Positions 10,159 to 20,392 of a stretch of 64,000 bases of DNA are shown here, one piece after another; positions within the stretch are counted from its first letter, which is position 1, and each line of letters opens with the position of its first letter. The stretch is from Promethearchaeota archaeon (lineage in GTDB: Archaea; Asgardarchaeota; Lokiarchaeia; Sigyniarchaeales; SOKP01). The notes beneath the pieces are model-generated. The model worked only from the letters and a program-made list of their open reading frames with translations, ran no database searches and was not told the DNA's origin. The position numbers and the translations under genes were made by a program. The stretch spans positions 15,750 to 79,749 of the forward strand of contig JAEOTS010000045.1 in NCBI GenBank assembly GCA_016839745.1, given 5' to 3'.

Positions 10159-11529
10159 ATGAATAAGGAATCCATTTTGATAAAACTGGAGGATATCGTA
10201 GGAAAGGATTTTGCAACAAATAGTTCGGAAGATTTGTATATTTATTCTCAAGATCCTGGAGCTTCGATACCTAGACATGTTGATTTCGTCGTTATGCCAG
10301 GTACATCCGTGGAAGTTCAAGAAATAGTAAAATTAGCAAACCAAGAGAAGATACCAATAGTTCCCATGGGTGGTGGTCTCACATTAAGTGGACTAATAAT
10401 TCCGGTAAAGGGCGGAATAGTTTTAGATATGAAGCGAATGAACCAAATAATAGAAATTAATCCGTTTAGCCGGTATGCCCTTATTGAGGCAGGAGTCACC
10501 ACTGGCCAGATACTTTCACATCTGAATGACAATTACCCCGATCTCCAACCACCAATTCCTGACGCTCCACCTTCAGCTACAGTAGCCGGGAATATGTTAA
10601 TTCATGGCTCAGGATATCTATCTCAGAGATACGGAGGTCATGGAGCTATGATTAATGGTCTTGAAGTTGTCTTAGCTAACGGAGAAATTTGTAAATTAGG
10701 ATCGTGTGCGGTTTCTGATTATTGGTTTGATAGAGGGCCAATTCCAGATTTTATAGGCTTATTTATTAGCGCTTTTGGGACAATGGGAGTAATTACCAAG
10801 CTTTCGATACAACTATTTCCAAAACCAAAAATGAGAGATATTATTTTTGGATTAATGAGTGATCCTAAAGACTTACCAGACTTGTTACTGAAAATCACGG
10901 CGACGGGATATGCTGAAGACATACTTCTAGGAAAGCAAGATAAACCTGAATGGATGAAGGGTTATGTTTTTATTATGACTTATATTACGGGTGACTCAGA
11001 GGAAGATATAGATCGCCAAACAAAAACTCTTAAGCGTATCTATCGAAAGTCTAACGCGAGATTTATGAAAGCTCCGGAAAAAATGCGAGATCTTTATTTG
11101 GATAAACCAATATTTGCTGCAGGAGCCGCTGATTTTAGAAAAGGAGGTGGATTCGAATATGTAGGTGCGTTTATGCCTCTTGAAAAAATTCCCGAAGCAT
11201 ATGAAAAGGGTGCAGATATCGCAAGAAAATATGGAATTACCCCAACTTTAGGCTCTCGGTTAATAGGGGGCGTTCATACAATAGTAATGTTCTTTTCTTA
11301 TTCCTTCAATAGAGCTAATCCCCAAGATATGGAAAATGCACGTAAAGCACTTTATGAAACTAATAAATTAGCTTTAGAATTAGGAGGTATTCCATGGAAA
11401 GCTGAGCTAGAAGGACAACGATTAATCCTTGAAAAAATGGATACTAGCTATAACAAATTAATGAAAACGATACAAAGCACCTTGGATCCAAATGGTATTA
11501 TGAATCCAGGAAATTGGGAGGTGAAATAA
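10159..11529 (+). CDS. FAD-linked oxidoreductase, GlcD/D-lactate dehydrogenase family
   Basis: PMGGGLTLSG FAD-binding region, GLEVVLANGE, GTMGVIT, C-terminal LDPNGIMNPG. Confidence 0.9.
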   Translation: MNKESILIKLEDIVGKDFATNSSEDLYIYSQDPGASIPRHVDFVVMPGTSVEVQEIVKLANQEKIPIVPMGGGLTLSGLIIPVKGGIVLDMKRMNQIIEINPFSRYALIEAGVTTGQILSHLNDNYPDLQPPIPDAPPSATVAGNMLIHGSGYLSQRYGGHGAMINGLEVVLANGEICKLGSCAVSDYWFDRGPIPDFIGLFISAFGTMGVITKLSIQLFPKPKMRDIIFGLMSDPKDLPDLLLKITATGYAEDILLGKQDKPEWMKGYVFIMTYITGDSEEDIDRQTKTLKRIYRKSNARFMKAPEKMRDLYLDKPIFAAGAADFRKGGGFEYVGAFMPLEKIPEAYEKGADIARKYGITPTLGSRLIGGVHTIVMFFSYSFNRANPQDMENARKALYETNKLALELGGIPWKAELEGQRLILEKMDTSYNKLMKTIQSTLDPNGIMNPGNWEVK

Positions 11530-11531
11530 AT

Positions 11532-12716
11532 TTGGAATTAAAATTAGAACAAGATTGGAAGGATATAGTTCATAGGTGTTTTAGATGTGGTTATTGTAAA
11601 TTTACGTATGAATTTTCTGATTTCAATTGCCCAAGTTATAAAAAATATCGGTTTGAGACTTATTCCACTGGTGGGAGGTTATGGCTCATTTATGGTTTAA
11701 TAAGTGGAGAAATTCCGTGGAGTCAGAGCGTAGCAAATGTACTTTATGCATGCTCTACATGCGGAAACTGTACCGAAAATTGTAGGTTTGACAAATTTAA
11801 CGATTTTTTGGTAGATATTATTGAAGCTGCTCGAGCAGAAGCAGTGATAAAAGGATTTTGTCCCGAGAGGCAAAAAGCTCTAACGGAACGTATTGAGAAT
11901 CACGAAATGTTTAATCCGTACGGAGAACTGAACTCAAATAACGAAGATTTAAAGAAAGAGTATAATTTACCAGACAAGGCAGAATGGGTTTATTATATAG
12001 GTTGTACATCTAATTATCGTCAAAAAAATTTAAGAGATGCTACCTTAAGGTTTCTCAAAAATGCAAAACTCGATTTTACTTTAATTGATGAGCATTGTTG
12101 CTGTAGTCCGCTAATGAGAACTGGTCAAACAATTTCTGTTAAAGACTTCATAAATTTCAATATTACTAAAATAAACGAGGTAGGAGCATCAAAGGTCATC
12201 ACTTCGTGTGCAGGTTGTTATCGTACATTAAAAAAGGATTGGTTAAAATATGGTGCCGACTACGATTTTCAGGTATACCACACAGTAGAATTAGTTAAAG
12301 AGTTAATGGAAGAAGGAAGATTAAAATTTCATTCAGAATATAATAAAACCATTACTTATCACGACCCTTGCCACCTTGGAAGACATATGGATATCTACCA
12401 GCCCCCAAGAGAAGTGTACAAACAAATTCCCGGAGTTCAACTTGTAGAAATGAGAAGAAATCGGGAAAATACTTGGTGCTGTGGCGCCGGGGGTGGTGTA
12501 AAAATAGGTTATCCTGAGTGGTCTGTTGAGATTTCAAAGGAAAGACTTGAGGAAGCAAAAACTACAGGCGCATCTGTAATATCGTCAGTGTGTCCATTTT
12601 GTAGAACAAATTTAAGCGATGCTAACGATAAATTTGGCATGAACCTTGAGGTTATCGATTTAATTGAAATATTAGATAAATTAGATTACGATATTACTGA
12701 TAGAAACATTGATTAA
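11532..12716 (+). CDS. Fe-S oxidoreductase with two CCG domains (GlcF/HdrD-like)
   Basis: CFRCGYC and CSTCGNCTENC ferredoxin motifs; YHDPCHLGR and CCGAGGG. Start placed at TTG 11532 after GGAGGTG (track start 11514). Confidence 0.9.
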   Translation: MELKLEQDWKDIVHRCFRCGYCKFTYEFSDFNCPSYKKYRFETYSTGGRLWLIYGLISGEIPWSQSVANVLYACSTCGNCTENCRFDKFNDFLVDIIEAARAEAVIKGFCPERQKALTERIENHEMFNPYGELNSNNEDLKKEYNLPDKAEWVYYIGCTSNYRQKNLRDATLRFLKNAKLDFTLIDEHCCCSPLMRTGQTISVKDFINFNITKINEVGASKVITSCAGCYRTLKKDWLKYGADYDFQVYHTVELVKELMEEGRLKFHSEYNKTITYHDPCHLGRHMDIYQPPREVYKQIPGVQLVEMRRNRENTWCCGAGGGVKIGYPEWSVEISKERLEEAKTTGASVISSVCPFCRTNLSDANDKFGMNLEVIDLIEILDKLDYDITDRNID

Positions 12717-12774
12717 ATAAATTCATTGCTTACTAGTATAATAAAAAATTTTTTAATTTAAAGGTGTTAATACA

Positions 12775-13644
12775 ATGAGGTTAGGAGCTCACATGAGCGT
12801 TTCAGACGGCAAATACATGGCATTTCATAGGGGTAGAGAACTTAAATGTGAATCTATTCAAGTTTTTATCAGAAATGTTCGCTCTTGGTCGACAAAACCT
12901 TTAGATCAGAAAGATATCGATGAATTCCTTAAAACTAAAGATGATTTTAAAAACGAAATATGGCCGGTGATAAGTCATAATAGTTATTTAATCAATTTAG
13001 CAAGTATCGATAGTGAAAAATTAGAGAAATCTTATAATGCAATGTTGGATGAACTTCAAAAGGCCACCCAATTAGGTATCGAATATGAAAATATGCATCC
13101 TGGTGTTATCCCTGTTAAAGATAAGGAAAAGATTTCTAAACAAGAAGCATTTGTTCAAATCGCTACTCAGTTAAATAAATTAATGGATGATACTAAAGGA
13201 TCTAAAGTTAAGATACTACTAGAAACTACTGCTGGGCAAGGGAAAGGATTAGGTAATAAATTTCACCATTTTGAAACAATAATAAATAAAATAAAAGATA
13301 AGAGTAGGATTGGAATTTGCTTTGATACAGCACATTCTTTTGCTGCAGGTTATGATTTTACCACTAAAAAGAAGTATACCGAAATGTGGAACGATTTTAA
13401 TGATACGATTGGATTGAAATATCTTTTTGCATTTCATCTAAACGATACCGAAAAAGAATTAGGATCTCGGGTCGATCGTCATACGCACATTGGTCACGGA
13501 AAGATTGGAAAAGAACCGTTTGGTTTTTTCTTGAACGACGATAGATTTACGGATACTCCAGGAATTTTAGAAACTCCTAAAGGGGAGGATTTAAAGGAAG
13601 ATAAAATGAACCTTAAAACTTTGAGAGATTTAATAAAACCATAG
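12775..13644 (+). CDS. nfo: Endonuclease IV (AP endonuclease)
   Basis: LGAHMS, HNSYLINLAS, HPG, LETTAGQG, CFDTAH, HLND, DRHTHIG, ILETP. Confidence 0.96.
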   Translation: MRLGAHMSVSDGKYMAFHRGRELKCESIQVFIRNVRSWSTKPLDQKDIDEFLKTKDDFKNEIWPVISHNSYLINLASIDSEKLEKSYNAMLDELQKATQLGIEYENMHPGVIPVKDKEKISKQEAFVQIATQLNKLMDDTKGSKVKILLETTAGQGKGLGNKFHHFETIINKIKDKSRIGICFDTAHSFAAGYDFTTKKKYTEMWNDFNDTIGLKYLFAFHLNDTEKELGSRVDRHTHIGHGKIGKEPFGFFLNDDRFTDTPGILETPKGEDLKEDKMNLKTLRDLIKP

Positions 13645-13754
13645 GCTATTTGTGAGCTGAAACATCAAAGAACTCTCGAGAAGAGAAGTAAATCGCGAAA
13701 ATTTTTAATTTTTCTATCTTTTTTACATTAAAAAGTGAAAAAAAAGGGGTATAG

Positions 13755-16700
13755 TTATTTCTTCTTTTGTTTTTCCAAGATAATTAATGAAAGTATCGTT
13801 ATGAACGTAAATAGCATGTAGTAATACCCAAATGAAATTATAGGTCCTTCGTCCAAATCTTCGGGAATCGCAATGATAACCTCTACATCTTTGAAACCTA
13901 TATTTCCATAAGTATCATTTGCGTAGAACCTAATTGTAATTCTACCTTCACTTAAAGCTTCCCAGGCTGTTTGATTAAACGTACCGGTCAAACTCGTGAT
14001 GATGTAAATCGTTTCCCCTCCATCGAGAGTGTACCAAATCGTATCTAAATCGAGTTCATCTATAGATATTATGTAATTTGGAGCATTTAAACCAAATATG
14101 CTAATAAAAAAAGGAAAGTTTATTGTAATAACAGGAGCAGTGTCATCCCTATATATTGGAAAATTATCTTGACTACCAGCTGTACCTGAGATTATGTATG
14201 GTGTATCGCCTATGCCGTCGAAGTTGGCATCAACGCCATAGTAATAATCCCAGTAATTACCAATAGTTCCATTGTCCCATTTGTTATTAACTCCATCATC
14301 TACAGCCTCAATCATATTATTAATAAAATGATTTAAAAAGATTAAATTGTAATTACTAGTAGAGTCTAACCATATTCCATAATAACTATTACTTAATATA
14401 TTTCCCGAAAGCGTGTTGTTATTGCTATAACCTAAAAACATTCCTGCAGTACAATCTGAAATATTTAACTCTGAAATTATCGAGTTGTTACAATTAATCA
14501 AAATAATTTGCCCCGCGTTCGTGAAATTACTCGATTCTAAACCTGTTTCATTTACATAATAATAGACCGGTTTGTTGTTTACAAGGTTTGTATCATCAAT
14601 ACTGTGCGATGCCATTTCTACTAATAGTCCATAAAGAGAGATTCCGCAAAAATTCAATAAATTCCCCGAGAGCGTGTTGTAATTACTATAATCTAAATTT
14701 ATTCCTTTATAATTGCTATTTACGGTATTTCCCGAGAGCGTGTTGTAATTACTATATTCTAAATATATTCCTCTATAATTGCTATTTACGGTATTTCCCG
14801 AAAGCGTGTTGTTATCACTACCCCATAAATATATTCCATAAAAATTGTTATTACTAGCGGTATTTCCCGAAAGCGTGTTGTTATCACAATCCATTGATAA
14901 TGATATTCCAAGATTATTGTTATAACTGACATTATTTCCCAAAATCCTGTTATTAACACATTCAAAATCTAAATTTATTCCATAATTACCGTTATTATTG
15001 GCGATATTTCCCGAAAGCGTGTTGTTATCACAATTCCATCCTAAACATATTCCATAATCACCGTTATTACAGGCGATATTTCCCGAAAGCGTGTTGTTAT
15101 CACTATCCCATAAATATATTCCATATTGATTATTATTTGCGATATTTCCCGAAAGCGTATTGTTGACACAATAATATAAATATATTCCAGAACCTTCTGA
15201 AATATTTAACTCTGAAATTATCGAGTTGGTACAATTAATCAAAATAATCTGCCCCGCGTTTGTAAAATTACTCGATTCTAAACCTATTTCATTTGCATAA
15301 TCATAAACTGGTTTGTTGTTAACAAGGTTTGTTTTGTCAATACTGTGCGATACCATTTCTACTAACGAACCATAAAGAGAAATTCCGCAAAAATTCATTG
15401 AATTCATAGAAAGTTTATTATTACTACCTCCCGATAAAGATATTCCCGCAAAATAGTTATTACTAGCGGTATTTCCCGAAAGCGTGTTGTTATCACAATT
15501 CCATCCTAAATATATTCCATAATCTTTGTTATTTGCGGTATTTCCCGAAAGCGAGTTATTATCACAATACGATTCTAAATTTATGCCATAACCATTGTTA
15601 TTTGCGATATTTCCCAAAAGCGTGTTGTTATCACAATACCAATTTAAAAATATGCCATAATCATTGTTATTTGCGGTATTTCCCGAAATCGTGTTGTTAT
15701 CACTATTGTATAAATGTATTCCAGTATAACCGTTATTACTGGCGCTATTTCCCGAAAGCGTGTTGTTATTGCTATAACCTAAATATATTCCTGTAGTACC
15801 ATCTGAAAAATTTAACCCTGAAATTATCGAGTTGGTACAATTAATTAAAATAATCTGCCCCGCATTCGTAAAATTACTCGATTTTAAACCCATTTCATTT
15901 GCATAATAATAGACCGGTTTGTTGTTAACAAGGTTTGTTTTGTCAATACTGTGCGATACCATTTCTACTAATGAACCATAAAGAGAAATTCCGCAATAAT
16001 TCATTGAATTCGCAGAAAGTCTATTATTACTACCTCCGTATAAAGATATTCCATAATCATTGTTATTTGCGGTATTTCCCGAAAGCGTGTTGTTATCACA
16101 ATACGATTCTATAGATATGCCATAATTATAATTATTACTGGCGGTATTTCCCAAAAGCGTGTTGTTATCACAATACCAACTTAAATATATGCCATAATAA
16201 TTATAATTTGCGATATTTCCCGAAAGCGTGTTATTAACACATTCAAAATCTAAATATATTCCATAAAAATTGTTATTACTAGCGGTATTTCCCAAAAGTG
16301 TGTTGTTATTACAACTACTTAAATATATGCCATGAAAATTATTTGAACAATCGTTATTTATTATTTTGCCGCTATCGACATTATCTAATTTAATACCGGT
16401 ATTTTCCCAAGAAGAACCGGAATTATATAATGAACAATTTCGAACAATAAAGTAGGTATCAGAGTTTTTAATCTCTATGCAATTGCCTGAATATTGTGCG
16501 TTAATGGTAACATTCTCGATAACATAAGGATCTGTCCAATTCCCCGAACCAGAACACCATGGTTGAGCTTCTGCCCAGGTCCAATTGTGAGCCCCGACCC
16601 CTGTAGCTAAGTCGTCAATATAAATAGGGTTTCCAGTTAGGTCCCAAAATCCGGATTGTTTTATTGGAATCTGAGTTTTCTCAATCAAATCGAGATTTAT

Positions 16701-16784
16701 TTTAATATCTGTGCTTACTATACTGGAGAGTAAAGAGATTGTGAGTAATGTAATTAAATATAATACTTTTTTCTTTGATTTCAT
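13755..16784 (-). CDS. Cell-surface right-handed beta-helix (NosD/CASH-like) repeat protein with C-terminal membrane anchor
   Basis: Signal peptide; many GIxL...NNTLSGNxxxNN repeats; GNYW...DGIGDTPY; Ig-like domain; ISFGYY-TM-KQKKK tail. Confidence 0.9.
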   Translation of the reverse strand: MKSKKKVLYLITLLTISLLSSIVSTDIKINLDLIEKTQIPIKQSGFWDLTGNPIYIDDLATGVGAHNWTWAEAQPWCSGSGNWTDPYVIENVTINAQYSGNCIEIKNSDTYFIVRNCSLYNSGSSWENTGIKLDNVDSGKIINNDCSNNFHGIYLSSCNNNTLLGNTASNNNFYGIYLDFECVNNTLSGNIANYNYYGIYLSWYCDNNTLLGNTASNNYNYGISIESYCDNNTLSGNTANNNDYGISLYGGSNNRLSANSMNYCGISLYGSLVEMVSHSIDKTNLVNNKPVYYYANEMGLKSSNFTNAGQIILINCTNSIISGLNFSDGTTGIYLGYSNNNTLSGNSASNNGYTGIHLYNSDNNTISGNTANNNDYGIFLNWYCDNNTLLGNIANNNGYGINLESYCDNNSLSGNTANNKDYGIYLGWNCDNNTLSGNTASNNYFAGISLSGGSNNKLSMNSMNFCGISLYGSLVEMVSHSIDKTNLVNNKPVYDYANEIGLESSNFTNAGQIILINCTNSIISELNISEGSGIYLYYCVNNTLSGNIANNNQYGIYLWDSDNNTLSGNIACNNGDYGICLGWNCDNNTLSGNIANNNGNYGINLDFECVNNRILGNNVSYNNNLGISLSMDCDNNTLSGNTASNNNFYGIYLWGSDNNTLSGNTVNSNYRGIYLEYSNYNTLSGNTVNSNYKGINLDYSNYNTLSGNLLNFCGISLYGLLVEMASHSIDDTNLVNNKPVYYYVNETGLESSNFTNAGQIILINCNNSIISELNISDCTAGMFLGYSNNNTLSGNILSNSYYGIWLDSTSNYNLIFLNHFINNMIEAVDDGVNNKWDNGTIGNYWDYYYGVDANFDGIGDTPYIISGTAGSQDNFPIYRDDTAPVITINFPFFISIFGLNAPNYIISIDELDLDTIWYTLDGGETIYIITSLTGTFNQTAWEALSEGRITIRFYANDTYGNIGFKDVEVIIAIPEDLDEGPIISFGYYYMLFTFITILSLIILEKQKKK
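14395..16330. repeat. Intragenic imperfect tandem repeats (about 66-72 nt units nested in three larger duplicated blocks)
   Basis: Recurrent TTTCCC(G/A)AAAGCGTGTTGTT; three near-identical blocks encoding 'CGISLYG.LVEM.SHSID.TNLVNNKPVY.Y.NE.GL.SSNFTNAGQIILINC.NSIIS.LN'. Confidence 0.9.
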
Positions 16785-16979
16785 ATCGATTATAATTTAC
16801 GAAAATTTGTCTTTATTAAATTAATTATTGCTAATTATTATATAAAGGTTTGTTCAACACATTAACATCTCTGTGCTATAACTAATTATACATTCTAATT
16901 GAAATGAGAATGGTAAGACTAAAATATTTGAATAATAATAAGAGTTTTTCTTCGCTACAAATAAAAAAGAAGTAAATGT

Positions 16980-17378
16980 TTACTCGTGAATCTTAAACCA
17001 TAAAGGACTAAGATCTTTTACAAGTCCGTTATAATTAACTGTTAATTCCTCACCTTTTATTATATCTTGAATAGCTGAATATTCAATTGCTTTGTTCTCA
17101 TAATCGTATAAGTACTTTAAGTTAGGAGTGTACGAATGGTTGATGAATTGACTAACGCTAAGAGTGATTGCATTTTTAAATGCAGGGTAATGCTTTGGAT
17201 CTTCCCAAATATAGCAATAGTCGTATAATTGCGTTTTTCTAATCTTTTTATAATCTTTATTGGGTAACAAAACTACATTTGCTACATCTATTACGGTTCC
17301 CTTCTTAATATTTTTTTTCGCAAATGCTCCTCTTCCTTTTTCTTTTGAAATATATTTAACCACTATAAAATCATGCAT
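16980..17378 (-). CDS. SET-domain protein (putative protein-lysine methyltransferase)
   Basis: KGRGAFAKKNIKKG, FINHSYTPN, IIKGEELTVNY SET signatures. Confidence 0.9.
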   Translation of the reverse strand: MHDFIVVKYISKEKGRGAFAKKNIKKGTVIDVANVVLLPNKDYKKIRKTQLYDYCYIWEDPKHYPAFKNAITLSVSQFINHSYTPNLKYLYDYENKAIEYSAIQDIIKGEELTVNYNGLVKDLSPLWFKIHE

Positions 17379-17405
17379 TCAAATCATCTTAAAATATATT
17401 TTACC

Positions 17406-18002
17406 TTACTCAATTGATGCATGTCGTTTATCAATATCTACTTCAGATATTCCTAATAAAACCATTAACGAAGCCCCAATTGAATCCAAAATGGACAGCG
17501 TAGAAATGTCGAATAACGACGTAAACGGAGCTAAAGTATCTTGTGAAATAGCTTTTTCTTTACTTTTGCCCTCAACTTTAATGATCAAATCGGATGTCGT
17601 GCCTATTGTACTTTTAGGATTTCCTGTAAATAGGGCAATTTTACCTCCGATTTTTTTTGCTTCTTTGGTAATTGCTTTAGGCGAAGTAGTTTCGCCGCTT
17701 CCACTTATTAATATTAAAAGGTCATCTTTACTATAGCGATAAGTTACTGCGTCAGAAACAAAACAAGATTTAATACCTAAGTGCATTAATCTTTGGGCAA
17801 AACATCGCCCAATAAATCCTGATCTACCAGCACCATATATAAAAATCCTTCCATCATTAGAATCAATTTCATTAATCAAATCAATTAACTTTAAAACATT
17901 TTCCATGTCAATTGATTCGGTATTTGTTTTTACCTGTTCTGCAATTTCTAAAAGTGTATTTAAGAATCTTCCCCGTACTAGGTTTGAATTGGAATCTTTC
18001 AT
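17406..18002 (-). CDS. hxlB: 6-phospho-3-hexuloisomerase (SIS domain)
   Basis: IYGAGRSG, FAQRLMHLG, ISGSGET, APFTSLFD, terminal RHASIE. Confidence 0.88.
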   Translation of the reverse strand: MKDSNSNLVRGRFLNTLLEIAEQVKTNTESIDMENVLKLIDLINEIDSNDGRIFIYGAGRSGFIGRCFAQRLMHLGIKSCFVSDAVTYRYSKDDLLILISGSGETTSPKAITKEAKKIGGKIALFTGNPKSTIGTTSDLIIKVEGKSKEKAISQDTLAPFTSLFDISTLSILDSIGASLMVLLGISEVDIDKRHASIE

Positions 18003-18004
18003 TA

Positions 18005-19291
18005 TTATCGTTCCTCCTTTGAGAATTCAGGATGGACACAACTTCTCCATTGATCTACGGTTTCTTTAGGACCTAATCCTATTAATAGGTCCCCTACTTC
18101 AAAAATAAAATCTGATTTAAAACTATAAATCCATTTATTTTCTCTTTTTAAAGCAATAATATGAAATCCTCTTTTATATTGTTGATTTTGTAACTGCTTG
18201 TATGTTTTTTCTTTGAAATATGACTCTGTTGAGATTGTTTCTCTAACAACTATTTCGGGAGTTTCTTCAATAGCTTTTTGAAGAATGATATGAGGTTCAA
18301 AGCCTTTTAAAATATTTTCAGCTAAATGAGCTGCTGCATCTGATATTAACTCACAAGAAAATACTATACGCATAATACCTGTTAAATTCTTTGGATTATC
18401 AAGTAATTGTGTTATATTCAAAAGATCCTTTTCAAAAATTATATTAAGACCATCCATTATAGACTCCATCTCTAATACATCCTCAGCTACTTCATAGCTA
18501 TTAAAAAATAACGCTGCTAACGCTAATTCTATCATCGTTTCTGAAAGATCTGTTATTGTTATGTAATCTTTTTTGAGTTCTTGAATTTTATCGAATACAT
18601 CAGGATTAGTCAGATCAAATTCAGATTCTTTCTGCATATCATCAATATGGAAAGAAAAATCTTCAGTGTCAAATGTTAATTTTTTCAATTCTTTGATTGG
18701 CTCAATTTCTCCTTTTATTATTAATATATCCCCAACTTGAATTTCGTTGTCCTTTTCGAATAACCAATTATCTTTTCTTTTGATCGCTATTAAATCCACT
18801 CCGTATTTTGATCTAAAATGTACCTCTTTACGTTTCATGCCTATAAATTCACAAGCATCATTGATGGTGATTTTTACAATAGGTTCGGGAACATCATCCC
18901 AAAATAATTGTGTGAAATCAGAAATATCGCTATTAATATATACAACCCGAGCGATATCCGCTAGAGCATCTGAGATTTTGTCAATAGAATAACCCATAAC
19001 AACAATAGGTTCCAAAGCTTTAGCTTCTTTAAAACCTCCAGTTTGAGTTTGAATAATTTGTAAATTCAATAGAAATGTTAACTCGTGGATTCTTTTTTCA
19101 ATTTTAGAAGTTTCATCCGCAATTTCTTTGCTACTAAATTTAATAGCGCTGTAAGCTAGATCAATCATCAAGTCGATCTTCTGTTTCATCTCTTTTAAAA
19201 TGTCTTTTAGTGATATAGGCTGATACTGGAACTTCTTTCTTTTTTCAAGTTTTTTAATTATTTTCTCACTCTCGTTTAGATAATTATACAA
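18005..19291 (-). CDS. PhoU-like/TrkA-C (RCK_C) tandem-domain transport regulator
   Basis: Two repeats of a PhoU-like helical bundle (LMIDLAYSA; TMIELALAA) each followed by TrkA-C (IAIKR...GDILIIKG). Confidence 0.85.
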   Translation of the reverse strand: MYNYLNESEKIIKKLEKRKKFQYQPISLKDILKEMKQKIDLMIDLAYSAIKFSSKEIADETSKIEKRIHELTFLLNLQIIQTQTGGFKEAKALEPIVVMGYSIDKISDALADIARVVYINSDISDFTQLFWDDVPEPIVKITINDACEFIGMKRKEVHFRSKYGVDLIAIKRKDNWLFEKDNEIQVGDILIIKGEIEPIKELKKLTFDTEDFSFHIDDMQKESEFDLTNPDVFDKIQELKKDYITITDLSETMIELALAALFFNSYEVAEDVLEMESIMDGLNIIFEKDLLNITQLLDNPKNLTGIMRIVFSCELISDAAAHLAENILKGFEPHIILQKAIEETPEIVVRETISTESYFKEKTYKQLQNQQYKRGFHIIALKRENKWIYSFKSDFIFEVGDLLIGLGPKETVDQWRSCVHPEFSKEER

Positions 19292-19835
19292 ATATTTGGA
19301 TAAAGATTATTATTAGAAGCGGTGTTAAAAAATCTGCTAAAGATGTCACCATAGGAATTAGAAAATTATTAGGATCTTTTCCTTTTCTAAATATAAATAT
19401 AGAACCCATAAATAAAAACACGAACATAAGCCCAAATAGAATCAAAATAGTACTACTTATTATTGATATGATTAACAAGGGATTAACGATTTCTATTCCA
19501 GTTACACTTCCCAGTATGTATCCTAAGCTAATTAATGCAACAAGGCTTAATAAAATTGTTATCAACAATCCATAAAAGTCTTGTTTTAATCGATCCGAGG
19601 GCTGAATTCTAGGAGATAAAGTTCCTATATATAGGTGAGATGTAAGACGAGAAACTAAAACGGTTGATATATCACCTATTAAGGAATTTAAAGACGGTAA
19701 AACTAATAAGATAATAGGAAAACTTGACAATACTCGCTCATTGTTAGATAAAAGAGTCCCTGAAAAGAGTCCCATAACAGAACTTATTAGGACAACAATA
19801 ATTGATTCTTTGAATATTTTTTTAAAGTAGTCCAC
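19284..19835 (-). CDS. MgtE-family (SLC41-like) transporter membrane domain
   Basis: PSLNSLIGDI...SRL and GKDPNNFLIPMVTSLAD motifs. Confidence 0.85.
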   Translation of the reverse strand: MDYFKKIFKESIIVVLISSVMGLFSGTLLSNNERVLSSFPIILLVLPSLNSLIGDISTVLVSRLTSHLYIGTLSPRIQPSDRLKQDFYGLLITILLSLVALISLGYILGSVTGIEIVNPLLIISIISSTILILFGLMFVFLFMGSIFIFRKGKDPNNFLIPMVTSLADFLTPLLIIIFIQIFV

Positions 19836-19837
19836 TA

Positions 19838-20392
19838 TTATGGCACCCCCAACATAATAATTGTTAGATAGAAACTAATAACAGTAAAAAAGTCGTCAAT
19901 CGCTGTCATTACTGGATTTACTACGTTATTTGGATCTAAACCACGCTTAAATGCTAAAAAGTTTAAGATCGTGGAACAAGGAATTGAAATCAATAATGTA
20001 AACACTATCGAAATAACCGGAATTACGATTAACAAACCAATATGAAAAATGTAGAGTTTAATTAATAAAAAATTAATAAGGATACTGAAAACTCCGATTG
20101 CTAATGCTGTTAATAACGATAGGGCTAATGTAGCTACTACATTTTCAAACCATGATTTCTTATTAAATTCGCCGATAATAAAGTCTCGTGAAGTTCGAGC
20201 AATAAAAGGACCACTTAAATTACCCCTAAGAGATAATAAAGCAGGGATAATTAGAATTAATAAAAGAAAGCTCTTAAATGAAACAATTAAAAGAGATAGC
20301 ACGATCCCAGCAAGGATATCGCCCACAATGGAAACCATTTCAGATGGAAAGGTTTCTTTAATGATTTTACCTTTAGTATCTCGAGCTTCCAT
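19838..20392 (-). CDS. MgtE-family (SLC41-like) transporter membrane domain, second copy
   Basis: PALLSLRGNL...AR and GLDPNNVVNPVMTAIDD motifs. Confidence 0.85.
   Translation of the reverse strand: MEARDTKGKIIKETFPSEMVSIVGDILAGIVLSLLIVSFKSFLLLILIIPALLSLRGNLSGPFIARTSRDFIIGEFNKKSWFENVVATLALSLLTALAIGVFSILINFLLIKLYIFHIGLLIVIPVISIVFTLLISIPCSTILNFLAFKRGLDPNNVVNPVMTAIDDFFTVISFYLTIIMLGVP

Noticed and set aside
11532-12716. Heterodisulfide reductase / methanogenesis interpretation of the CCG protein and corrinoid genes
   Set aside because: The CCG protein is coupled to a GlcD-like flavoprotein, the usual 2-hydroxyacid dehydrogenase arrangement, and no mcr or mtr genes are present.
14395-16330. Regularly spaced short repeats resembling a CRISPR array or DGR template/variable repeats
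   Set aside because: The repeats are in-frame coding units of a beta-helix protein, the intervening parts are similar to each other, and there is no cas or reverse transcriptase gene in the window.
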